A DNA stretch of 64,000 bases from Gemmatimonadota bacterium (lineage in GTDB: Bacteria > Gemmatimonadota > Gemmatimonadetes > Gemmatimonadales > GWC2-71-9): the NCBI GenBank assembly GCA_031375485.1, contig JANMHX010000025.1, positions 35,360 to 99,359 of the forward strand. The letters are read 5' to 3'. The notes below the pieces were generated by a model. That model did no database searches and was not told the DNA's origin. It saw only the letters and a program-made list of their open reading frames with translations. Positions 1 through 8,292 of the stretch are shown in pieces. Position numbers and translations under genes: made by a program. Positions within the stretch are counted from its first letter, which is position 1, and the number at the start of each line of letters is the position of its first letter.

Positions 1-290
1 CTGATTTCGCTGAGACGGCCTTTGAGATCGTCCGGCAGCAGGGTGGCCATCCGGAGCCGCTCTTCGAGGCGGATCACCCGGTTCTGAACCTGCAACGCGA
101 AACTCCGGGCATAGAACGCCACCAGGAACAGGGCGACACCCGCCGCGAGACCGGCGATGGTTTCGGCGGACGGGGCAGCAACCAACGCCTTGATCGCCAT
201 CCCAATCTGGATGGCGATCAACAGCAGGCCGACGCGATGGTACCCGAAGACAAACTTCTTGTGGTTCGCATAATTCTGAATGTCGGCCAT
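1..290 (-). CDS. DUF6526-like small membrane protein (N-terminal part; gene runs off the window start)
   Basis: ATG at 290-288. It is absent from the ORF track because no stop lies in the window. My translation MADIQNYANHKKFVFGYHRVGLLLIAIQIGMAIKALVAAP...FYARSFALQVQNRVIRLEERLRMATLLPDDLKGRLSEI is stop-free to position 1 and has two hydrophobic helices. The family name is from memory only. Confidence 0.5.
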   Translation of the reverse strand, partial: MADIQNYANHKKFVFGYHRVGLLLIAIQIGMAIKALVAAPSAETIAGLAAGVALFLVAFYARSFALQVQNRVIRLEERLRMATLLPDDLKGRLSEI

Positions 291-325
291 GAAATCCTCG
301 AGTGAACGAGTCGGTTGAGGGGTAC

Positions 326-2125
326 TTACTTCGCGAGATCGGAGACGACGGACGCAAGTTTCCGGACCCGGCTCGAGTCGGCGGCCCTCTCGGCGTCCTT
401 CTCGAGCTGGCCGGCCAGTTTGACGAGCGCGGCCTGCCGGGCATCCCCACCAAGCCGTTCCGCCCGCGCCAAGTCGGCGGTGATCCGAGTCAGCCGGGCA
501 GCCCGGAGACCCTTGTTCCGAGCCAACTGGTCGAGATACGCCCGAGCGACCACAAAACTGGCCGGCCACACGAACTTCGGTTGAAGTTGGGGATTGAACT
601 GCTCCAGCCGGACCGATTCCGCCGCGGCGATCTCATTCTTGGACAGGAGCCGGCCCGGCCGGAGTTTGAGCAGATCGAGCCCCCGGGCAATCTCGGAGCC
701 GATGATGTAGCCGTTGTACCAGTAGGCGGACCAGTGGCCGCCCAGGACCGCCTTGTCCGCGGCCACCGGACCCCGGTCGAAGAAGCCCACCTCGATCGGA
801 TTGGCGGCGTCGGTGAAGTCGACCAACGCCAACCCGCCTTGGTACCAGGCCTGGACCATGATGTCGCGGCCCGGAACCGGAATCATCGACCCGTTGTGGG
901 CCACACAATTCTCCTGGTCGGTCTGGGCCGCCGGCATCTTGAAGAAACTCGCCGGGGTGAGCTTGCCTTGATCGAGCGTGTAGATGGCATCGGCACCCCA
1001 GGTCGGTTTGTCGGTGACGCGGCACCGGGGGCTGGTGCCACCGCCCCACTCGTCCGTGAACAGGATCTTGGTGGCGTCGTTGTTGAAGGTGGCCGAGTGC
1101 CAATAGGCGAAGTTCGGATCACTGACCTCGGCGATCCGCTTGGGATTGGCGGCGTCGCGAATGTCGAGCAAGATCCCGTTCCCCGAACAGGCCCCGGCGC
1201 CGAGACCCATCTCGGGAAACACCGTGATGTCGTGGCACATGTTGGTTTCACCGGTGGTCTGGGTCCCGGGGCCGTGGTCTCCCGCCTTGGCGAGCCCGGC
1301 GACGAAACCGGTCTTCGGATCGGCAAAGACGCGCGCCAGGTTCACGACTTTGGCATCCTGGGGCGACGCGAGCGGCACCCGGATGACTTCCACCTGGAAG
1401 AGTGAGGTGTTGGGATCTTCCTCGGCCAGTTTGCCGGAGCAGCCTGCCAATTCGTTGGCGGAACGCACTCCGGAGGTGCCCGAGACGTACACGTAGAGAT
1501 TCGCCGAGTCGTTAGGGTCGGTCACCAGCGTGTGGGTGTGGGACCCGCGGCAGGTCTGCACGGCGGCGATCTGTTTCGGATGATCGATGTCGCTGATGTC
1601 GAAGATCCGGACGCCGCGGAACCGCTCCGCGCTCACGGTGTCGGCAACACCCTGCTTACCGCAGTCGATCCGCGCGCTGGTTTGCTCGACCGAAATGAAG
1701 AGAAGATTGCCAAAGACGGAGGGATCGCCCTGGCCGCCCGGACAGGGGAACACGGTCCGGATGGTGGGGCTCGCCTTGTTCGAGATGTCCCAGACCTCGA
1801 AGCCGTTGTAGTTGCCCTGAAAGACGAAATCGCCCCGGAAGGCGAGGTCCGAGTTGGCATAGAGGAAGTTCCCCGGCGAGGCGGGGTCGAAGAACGAGGC
1901 CGGCTTCGGCGCCGTCGCCACCAACTCGAGCCCCCGGATCGCGATGCCGGCATCATGGAGGCCCGCCTTGAGGCCGACTCGCGGGTCCTTGGCTGCCGGC
2001 TTGGGTTTGGCCTTGAGCGGCTGGGACTTCGGCTCGTCTTGGGCGGCGACCGTCGCGGGACCGATGAGCGCCAAGAAAGTCAGAGCGAGCGTTGCCAAGT
2101 GACGAATATCGGACCAGGGTCTCAT
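326..2125 (-). CDS. Secreted LVIVD-repeat beta-propeller protein, Cys/His-rich
   Basis: ORF 326..2245. The internal ATG at 2125 gives the signal peptide MRPWSDIRHLATLALTFLALIGPATVAAQ. Repeated blade motifs are present (FEVWDIS, VRIFDISD, LLDIRD, LVDFTD), along with Cys/His clusters (CRGSHTHT, MCHDITVF, CVAHNG). Confidence 0.8.
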   Translation of the reverse strand: MRPWSDIRHLATLALTFLALIGPATVAAQDEPKSQPLKAKPKPAAKDPRVGLKAGLHDAGIAIRGLELVATAPKPASFFDPASPGNFLYANSDLAFRGDFVFQGNYNGFEVWDISNKASPTIRTVFPCPGGQGDPSVFGNLLFISVEQTSARIDCGKQGVADTVSAERFRGVRIFDISDIDHPKQIAAVQTCRGSHTHTLVTDPNDSANLYVYVSGTSGVRSANELAGCSGKLAEEDPNTSLFQVEVIRVPLASPQDAKVVNLARVFADPKTGFVAGLAKAGDHGPGTQTTGETNMCHDITVFPEMGLGAGACSGNGILLDIRDAANPKRIAEVSDPNFAYWHSATFNNDATKILFTDEWGGGTSPRCRVTDKPTWGADAIYTLDQGKLTPASFFKMPAAQTDQENCVAHNGSMIPVPGRDIMVQAWYQGGLALVDFTDAANPIEVGFFDRGPVAADKAVLGGHWSAYWYNGYIIGSEIARGLDLLKLRPGRLLSKNEIAAAESVRLEQFNPQLQPKFVWPASFVVARAYLDQLARNKGLRAARLTRITADLARAERLGGDARQAALVKLAGQLEKDAERAADSSRVRKLASVVSDLAK

Positions 2126-2132
2126 CGGGTTC

Positions 2133-2702
2133 TCATTGGGGTTTGAGGAGCCCACGCATCCGGCGGATCTCCGCGCGCTGGTCGGCGTCGACGTCGGACG
2201 CAAAACGAAAGACGTCGACCTCCTGGCCGGCGCCCGGGGTAGCAAACAAGGCGGCGACCATCGTCACCGCCCCTTCGTGGTGGCGAATCATGAACTCGAG
2301 GAACAGTCGTTCGAACTCGGCGCCCGAGGCCGCACCGAGCGTCGCGATTTCGGCGGCGGTCAACATGCCGGGCATCAGCGCCGCCCCATCGTGATGCATC
2401 TGGTGGGCATCCGGACCCGGCGCGGTCTCGTGGTGGTCGAGGAGCCAGGTCCTCATCAGCTTGATCTCGTCCCGTTGGGACACCGTGATCCGCTCGGCCA
2501 GCATCCGGATCGGCACTCGAGTGGTCCGGGACGGAACCAGATCACTCATCACGATGGCCTGGCCGTGATGCGCGATCATGCCCTGCATGAATTCGACGTC
2601 GGCTTTGGTGTGGCGGGGGCGGGCCGGGTCCGCTTGAGCCGCGGCAGCTCCGGCCACGATCAAGACCAGGAAAGCGGCAAGGCCCGCTGAACGCTTCATC
2701 AT
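2133..2702 (-). CDS. DUF305 family protein (exported, His-rich ferritin-like)
   Basis: Signal peptide MMKRSAGLAAFLVLIVAGAAAAQA. Duplicated motifs MIAHHGQAIVM and MIRHHEGAVTM, plus DQRAEIRRMRGLL, are typical of DUF305. Only a 7-bp gap separates it from the downstream gene. Confidence 0.85.
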   Translation of the reverse strand: MMKRSAGLAAFLVLIVAGAAAAQADPARPRHTKADVEFMQGMIAHHGQAIVMSDLVPSRTTRVPIRMLAERITVSQRDEIKLMRTWLLDHHETAPGPDAHQMHHDGAALMPGMLTAAEIATLGAASGAEFERLFLEFMIRHHEGAVTMVAALFATPGAGQEVDVFRFASDVDADQRAEIRRMRGLLKPQ

Positions 2703-2747
2703 CCCGAGAAGCTATCCCATCGGGTCCCTGCGGGAAAGCCGGGCCGG

Positions 2748-5114
2748 TCAGTTGCTGTACGACAAGGCCGCCGCCGTGGAGATCCGCATCGCCCGGAACG
2801 CCGGCCACGCCGAGGCGATGATCGATACCCCGACCACGACGACGAGCCACCGACCGACGCCGCTCGGTTCGGGAACATAGATAACCGGCACCGGGATCAT
2901 GATGCGTCCGAAAGCTTTGCCCAACAAAACGCTCATGGGAAGCGAGAGGGGAATGGCCAGGAGCCAGCTCAGAATCCCGATCACGAGCCCTTCCACTTGC
3001 ACCATCGTGAGGATCGCGGCCCGCCGGGCGCCGATGGCCCTGAGCACCCCGATTTCCCGCGTCCGCTCGAGGACCGCCAAGCTCATCGTGGACGCGAGGC
3101 CCAATCCTCCGACCACGATCATCAACTGCGACATCGTCATCAGGAAGCCCGCCACCATCAGGAGATGGTCCTCGACCGACCGGCGGCTCTCCGCGAGGAG
3201 CTGGCTCCCCGCCACCGCGAATCCTTGGGTCTCCAGTTCATCGCGCAGGCGGCGGCTCAATTCTCCCTGGGCGGCCGGGACTCGGTCCAGGGCCGACACG
3301 ACGGCCCGATCGATGGTGGCCGTACCGGCCATCGTGGCCATGATTTCCCGGCTGGTGTGCGCCAGCGGCGAGACCCCGGATTCGACCACACCCACCACCG
3401 TCCAATCGGTCCGCCGTCCGTCGATGACCAGGGGGACCACCGCCCCGACCGCGAGCCGAGGCTCTTCGTCCGCTAAACGCCGGTTGACCACCAGGGCGTT
3501 TGAATCGCCGGCGGCAAGGAGCCGGCCCGTCTGGAGCGAGTAACCGGACATTACGGAGCCGAGGGGCGCGGCGCTGATCGGAAAGGTGTTGCCCACGGTG
3601 CCGTCCGGCCGCGGAACGGCAGCCCGGCGGGCGCTCCATCCCTCGACCTTGGCAACACCCACCACGCCGGCCACGACGGCCTCGATGCTGTCGGCCGCGT
3701 GGGGCGTTGAAAACCGGATGGCGATGTCGTACCGCATCGCGTCGAACTGGGCCCCAACCGATCGCTGAATGGCCGCCCGAAGATTCAGTGCGCCCAGGTA
3801 CACCGCCCCGGCGGTGGCCAAGGTGATCAGCGTGAGCGCCATGCGCTGACGGCGGCGGAACGCGTTCCGAAGACTCAACAACAGCGGCCGGGCCAACCCG
3901 CTGACCCGTTGAACCCAAGCCGGCGCCGCGCCTCCGCCATCGATGCCAACATCGCGGAGCGCCTCGCTCACCGGAATCCGGCAACCCCGCACGACCGGGA
4001 TGGCGGCGGCAACGAGCGGGAGTAACGCTCCAGCGGCCAACTCGACGCCGAAGACCCAGCCCGGAATCCCAAACCCGGCCGTGTCGAAATTCAGGAGATC
4101 GGCGGTGAACTCGGCGTACCACCGGCCGATCACCGCCGCCGTCGGCAGGGCCACCAACGAGGCCACGAGGCCCAGGACCAAAGCCAGACCCAGATACATC
4201 CTGGCCAACTGACCCGACTGAGCGCCGATCGTCTTCATGACGCCGATCTCTCGAACCTGCCCGGCCAACATCGCGGTGATCAAGTTGATGACCAGAAACC
4301 CGCTCAGCAGCAACGCCAGCACACCGAAGGCACCCTGGGTATAGAGCAGCGAGTCGATCTGGCCGGCATGGATGTGACGGCCCGGTTCCGGGACATCAAC
4401 ATCAGCCACTGGGCGGCCGGTGGCTTCCACCACGGCCTTGACGTCGAAGGCAATCCGGCGCACCGCGTCTTGGTCGAGCGACCGGTCCTCGACGACGAAC
4501 TGAAGTTGGTTGAACGTGGCGGGCGCGCCCAGCCTCATGAGGGTGGCCGGGGTGACGAAACCATACACGACGTGTTCCATCCAGCCCGGCGCCAGGCCGG
4601 CGTCTCGGGCGATGCCGGCGACCGAGAGTGTCACCGGCGGGGCCGTACCGATCTGGACGGCCGCGACGTCGCCCACGCCGATGGCGGCGAACTCGACCGA
4701 CGACCGTTCGATCACGATCGCCCCATCGGCCGGGGGCCAGGCACCCGACTCCGGTTTCAGCCGACCGATCCCGACGGCCCGGAAGTCGGCCATCGAGAAC
4801 AGAACCGCGGTCCGCCAACCGCCTTGGGCCATGATGCTGGCGGTCACCGTGCGCCGGGCCTCGGCAGTCGCCACGCCCGGCACCGCCTCGATCCGCGCCA
4901 ACAGCGCCGAGTCAATCGCGTCGGTACGGATCGTCGCGGAGGCCGGATTGGTGGCCATGAAGCCCTCGCGGGTTACCCGGCGAACCATGGCCCAGGTGTT
5001 GAGCACCGATCCGGCGCCGATGATGCCCATCGCGATGGCCACCACCACCAGCACGGTCCGCCCCTTGTGGAGCCACACATCTCGGAAGACCTTCCGCCAG
5101 CGCGGCCTAAGCAT
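2748..5114 (-). CDS. ABC transporter permease, duplicated FtsX/MacB-type
   Basis: 788 aa. The N-terminus [25 protein letters not shown] is typical. Two 4-TM FtsX modules each follow a large extracytoplasmic domain. It overlaps the upstream ATPase gene by 8 bp. Confidence 0.9.
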   Translation of the reverse strand: MLRPRWRKVFRDVWLHKGRTVLVVVAIAMGIIGAGSVLNTWAMVRRVTREGFMATNPASATIRTDAIDSALLARIEAVPGVATAEARRTVTASIMAQGGWRTAVLFSMADFRAVGIGRLKPESGAWPPADGAIVIERSSVEFAAIGVGDVAAVQIGTAPPVTLSVAGIARDAGLAPGWMEHVVYGFVTPATLMRLGAPATFNQLQFVVEDRSLDQDAVRRIAFDVKAVVEATGRPVADVDVPEPGRHIHAGQIDSLLYTQGAFGVLALLLSGFLVINLITAMLAGQVREIGVMKTIGAQSGQLARMYLGLALVLGLVASLVALPTAAVIGRWYAEFTADLLNFDTAGFGIPGWVFGVELAAGALLPLVAAAIPVVRGCRIPVSEALRDVGIDGGGAAPAWVQRVSGLARPLLLSLRNAFRRRQRMALTLITLATAGAVYLGALNLRAAIQRSVGAQFDAMRYDIAIRFSTPHAADSIEAVVAGVVGVAKVEGWSARRAAVPRPDGTVGNTFPISAAPLGSVMSGYSLQTGRLLAAGDSNALVVNRRLADEEPRLAVGAVVPLVIDGRRTDWTVVGVVESGVSPLAHTSREIMATMAGTATIDRAVVSALDRVPAAQGELSRRLRDELETQGFAVAGSQLLAESRRSVEDHLLMVAGFLMTMSQLMIVVGGLGLASTMSLAVLERTREIGVLRAIGARRAAILTMVQVEGLVIGILSWLLAIPLSLPMSVLLGKAFGRIMIPVPVIYVPEPSGVGRWLVVVVGVSIIASAWPAFRAMRISTAAALSYSN

Positions 5115-5808
5115 GGGCCAGCACCTCGTCGGCGATCACTCGGCCATCCGCGAGCGTGATCGTGCGGGAGGCGAACTCGATCGCGCTCCGTTCGTGGGTC
5201 ACCATCACCACGGTCTGCCCATCCGCCGCCAACTGGGCGAACAGCGCGAGGATCGCCGCCGACGTCTTTGAGTCGAGGTTGCCGGTCGGTTCATCGGCCA
5301 GCAGCACCGCCGGTGCGTTCGCCAGGGCTCGGGCGATCGCCACCCGCTGTTGCTGCCCTCCCGACAGAGTGGCCGGCAGCTTGTCGGCCTGATCGGCCAC
5401 GCCGAGCCGCTCGAGCAGCGCCAGGGCCCGACCGGGGCGCTCCCGGGACGGCCACGCGTTACAAAAATCCATCGGCAGCATCACGTTCTCGAGCGCGGTC
5501 AGGGTCGGCAGCAGCTGAAAGAACTGAAACACGATGCCGACGGTTCGGCCGCGCCAGGCCGCCATCGAACGTTCGGGTAGTGAATGGACCGCGGTGTCGC
5601 CGATCACGACCTCGCCGCGGGTCGGCCGGTCGATGCCGGCCAACAGCCCGAGCAGGGTCGATTTCCCGCTGCCGGACTGGCCGACGATCGCGGCAAAATC
5701 ACCCCGATCGATAGTGAGCGTGATGTCGGCGAGGGCGGTGAATCCGCCGCCGGCGCCCGGGAATACTCGGGCCACATCGCGAAGTGCAATCAGTGGGTTC
5801 GTTGGCAT
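5107..5808 (-). CDS. ABC transporter ATP-binding protein (MacB/LolD-like)
   Basis: Walker [10 protein letters not shown], signature [15 protein letters not shown] and Walker [13 protein letters not shown] are present. I moved the start to ATG 5808 ([12 protein letters not shown]...). The longer ORF to 6183 is Arg/Pro-rich and overlaps the divergent gene. Confidence 0.9.
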   Translation of the reverse strand: MPTNPLIALRDVARVFPGAGGGFTALADITLTIDRGDFAAIVGQSGSGKSTLLGLLAGIDRPTRGEVVIGDTAVHSLPERSMAAWRGRTVGIVFQFFQLLPTLTALENVMLPMDFCNAWPSRERPGRALALLERLGVADQADKLPATLSGGQQQRVAIARALANAPAVLLADEPTGNLDSKTSAAILALFAQLAADGQTVVMVTHERSAIEFASRTITLADGRVIADEVLAHA

Positions 5809-5857
5809 GCCGCGAACGGTACGGCGGCACGCCGGTCGCCCGCTACGGGGGTCGGTA

Positions 5858-5887
5858 CCGTTCAGCCGGGCCGATGTCCCGTTCAGC
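5858..5887 (+). promoter_or_regulatory. Candidate LytTR-type operator: CCGTTCAGC-N12-CCGTTCAGC
   Basis: Perfect 9-bp direct repeats at 5858-5866 and 5879-5887 are separated by exactly 12 bp. They lie 62-91 bp upstream of the operon that encodes a LytTR regulator. Related copies are at 5814-5822 (inverted) and 5888-5893. Confidence 0.4.
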
Positions 5888-5948
5888 GAACGGACGCTGG
5901 ATCGCCGGGGTGGCCCGTGGCATTGTCCATCCAACCCAAGGAGATCCC

Positions 5949-6530
5949 ATGTCGATCCATCATGCGCTGGTCCTCGCGAGTCTGGTTGCCACGCCGGCTG
6001 CTCTGACCGCCCAGCACGCGGGCGGTGCCGCGCCCGCGGCCCCGACCCGACCCCGCGAAGCCAGTCAGTTCGATTTTCTGATCGGCAAGTGGAATTTGAC
6101 CATCCAGGTCCCGCCACCGAACTTGGCGGCCCGAATCCACGGGATGCCGAAGTTGGTCGGCACCTGGAAGGCCGCCCGCGCACTCGACGGGTGGGGGATC
6201 GAGGACGAGATGCAGATCACCGACGAAGCGGGCAATCCCAAGAGTTTGAGCCATTACGTCCGGGTATTTGACCCTGCCGCGGCCCGCTGGAGCATCTCGA
6301 CGCTCGACGTCTATCGGGCCCGCTTTGCCTCGGCCACGGCCGAGTGGAAGGACGGTCAAATGCGCCAGAGCGCCGAAGGAACCGATCCGGAGGGCAAGCC
6401 AGTGGTGTCACGGACCCGATTCTACGACATTACGCCGAACACGTTCCGGCTCCAGCAGGACCGTTCCTCCGACGGCGGAAAATCCTGGACTGAAGGCACT
6501 CTCAAGATCGAGGCGAAACGAATTCCTTGA
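5949..6530 (+). CDS. Secreted protein, DUF1579/lipocalin-like
   Basis: Internal ATG at 5949 is preceded by AAGGAG (5938-5943). Signal peptide MSIHHALVLASLVATPAALTAQ. The FDFLIGKWNL motif resembles DUF1579. Its stop overlaps the kinase start (TGATG). Confidence 0.7.
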   Translation: MSIHHALVLASLVATPAALTAQHAGGAAPAAPTRPREASQFDFLIGKWNLTIQVPPPNLAARIHGMPKLVGTWKAARALDGWGIEDEMQITDEAGNPKSLSHYVRVFDPAAARWSISTLDVYRARFASATAEWKDGQMRQSAEGTDPEGKPVVSRTRFYDITPNTFRLQQDRSSDGGKSWTEGTLKIEAKRIP

Positions 6531-7558
6531 TGGGGCGGACCCGGTCGTGGCTGTGGCTGCAGCTGATCATCGGTTGGCTCCCGGTGTGGGCACTGTACGC
6601 CCTGCTCATCGTCACCGCTCACCCGGGGAATTCACTCCACACGGCGGCCTTCGCGGCATTGCAGGCCATCGTCCTCGCCGCGCTGCTCGGGCTCGCGGTC
6701 CAACGACTCGTCGCCCGCTTGCCGTGGCCCCACCCCTTCGGTCTCCGTTTCGCCGCGATCCACGTACTCGGGGCCATCCTCTACTCGGCGGCGTGGATCG
6801 GGATGATCGCCGCCCTCGAGACCGTCGTCCATCCCGGCGCCCCAGCCATGGTGGGCTCGATGCCCCAGGGGTATTTCGTCCTCGGCGTGTGGTTCTACGT
6901 CATGGTAGCCGGGATTTCCTACGCCTCGACCGCCGCCGAACGAGCGGCCCGGGCCGAGGCGTTGGCGGCCCAATCGCAGTTGGCGGCGCTCCGGGCCCAG
7001 CTCAATCCCCATTTCGTCTTCAACGCCCTGCACACGGTCGTCCAGCTGATTCCCGGGGACCCGGCGCTGGCGTCTCGCGCGGCGGAGCAGGTGGCCGGTT
7101 TGCTCCGTACCACGCTGGAGGAAGACCGCGATCTGGTGCCGCTGTCGGATGAGGTAGCGTTTGTCGAACAATACCTCGAGATCGAACGGATTCGATTCGG
7201 TGACCGGCTCGACGTTCGGATCCACGTGACCGGAGATGCTGCGGCGGCGACGATTCCTTCGTTCGCGCTCCAGACGTTGGTCGAGAATGCGATTCGCCAC
7301 GGGGCCGGGCCGCGGGTCGAGCCGACGACGATCGCGATCGACGGCCGAGTCGAGGGAGAGATCCTCACTCTGACGGTGCGAGACAATGGAGGCGGCGCCA
7401 GTCCCGAGCAACTCGGTCGGAAGGGGGGGACCGGGCTTTCGAGACTCCGCGACCGGCTCGCCGCGTTGTATCAGGGCCGGGCCCGGCTCGACCTGTCCAC
7501 TGCTCCGGGCACTGGCTTTACCGCCTCGCTGTCGGTTCCCCAGGACACCGGCGAGTGA
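6530..7558 (+). CDS. Sensor histidine kinase, LytS/YehU type (membrane, no large sensor domain)
   Basis: Five to six N-terminal TM helices. The H-box region is LNPHFVFNALHTV and the N-box is LQTLVENAIRHG. ATG at 6530 is preferred over the TTG at 6527 used in the track. Confidence 0.85.
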   Translation: MGRTRSWLWLQLIIGWLPVWALYALLIVTAHPGNSLHTAAFAALQAIVLAALLGLAVQRLVARLPWPHPFGLRFAAIHVLGAILYSAAWIGMIAALETVVHPGAPAMVGSMPQGYFVLGVWFYVMVAGISYASTAAERAARAEALAAQSQLAALRAQLNPHFVFNALHTVVQLIPGDPALASRAAEQVAGLLRTTLEEDRDLVPLSDEVAFVEQYLEIERIRFGDRLDVRIHVTGDAAAATIPSFALQTLVENAIRHGAGPRVEPTTIAIDGRVEGEILTLTVRDNGGGASPEQLGRKGGTGLSRLRDRLAALYQGRARLDLSTAPGTGFTASLSVPQDTGE

Positions 7559-8292
7559 AACTCCGGGCGTTGATCGTCGACGATGAATCGGTGGCGCGCG
7601 CGGGCCTTCGCCAGATGTTGGCCGCGGTCGAATGGATCACCGTGATCGGTGAGGCGGCGAGCGGTCCAGCCGCGGTCGAGGCCATCAGCGCCCTGAAGCC
7701 GGAACTCGTGTTTCTCGACATCGAAATGCCCGGCTTCTCCGGCACCGACGTCTTGAGCCGGGTGACCCACCAGCCCTACATCGTGTTTACCACCGCCTAC
7801 GCGCAGCATGCCGTCACGGCATTTGAGTTGGGCGCCCTCGACTATTTGCTGAAGCCGTTCGGCCCGGAACGATTGGCCACCGCGTTGGAACGGGTTCGGG
7901 CCGCTCTCGGCGAACCGGCCGGGCCCGGGACGTTCGACCGGCTCCGCGAGGCGCTGAGCAACGGGCCGATGACCCGGCTGTTCGTCCGCTCGGGAGCGTC
8001 GGTCATCCCGATTGCGGTGGTGAGTGTGGCGTGGTTCGAGGCCCGAGGCGACTACGTGGCGGCCCACGTCGGGCCGGCGCGCCATCTGCTCCACTTGTCA
8101 CTCACCCGGCTCGAAGCCCGGCTCGACCCCGCCCGGTTCCTCCGAATCCACCGTACCCATATCGTGAATCTCGACCAGGTGTCCGCGTTTCGGCGTGAGG
8201 GCAAGGGACTCGTCGCCGAACTCACTGATGGCAGTCGACTGCCCGTGAGCCGAAATCGGTCTCAGGATCTCCGGGGTCTCCTCAAGGAATGA
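7555..8292 (+). CDS. LytTR/AlgR family response regulator
   Basis: The receiver domain shows LIVDDE and VFLDIEMPG. The C-terminal LytTR domain shows FLRIHRTHIVNLDQV. The GTG start overlaps the kinase stop (GTGA). Confidence 0.9.
   Translation: MKLRALIVDDESVARAGLRQMLAAVEWITVIGEAASGPAAVEAISALKPELVFLDIEMPGFSGTDVLSRVTHQPYIVFTTAYAQHAVTAFELGALDYLLKPFGPERLATALERVRAALGEPAGPGTFDRLREALSNGPMTRLFVRSGASVIPIAVVSVAWFEARGDYVAAHVGPARHLLHLSLTRLEARLDPARFLRIHRTHIVNLDQVSAFRREGKGLVAELTDGSRLPVSRNRSQDLRGLLKE

Noticed and set aside
302-1405. A 367-aa + strand ORF, with similar long shadow ORFs at 26314..27396, 19662..20873, 30350..31777, 36568..37878, 38844..40133, 46609..47862, 47928..49244 and 60813..62669.
   Set aside because: Each lies antisense to a CDS with clear family motifs. 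Their composition is low-complexity and Arg/Pro/Gly-biased. None has a start context or signal.
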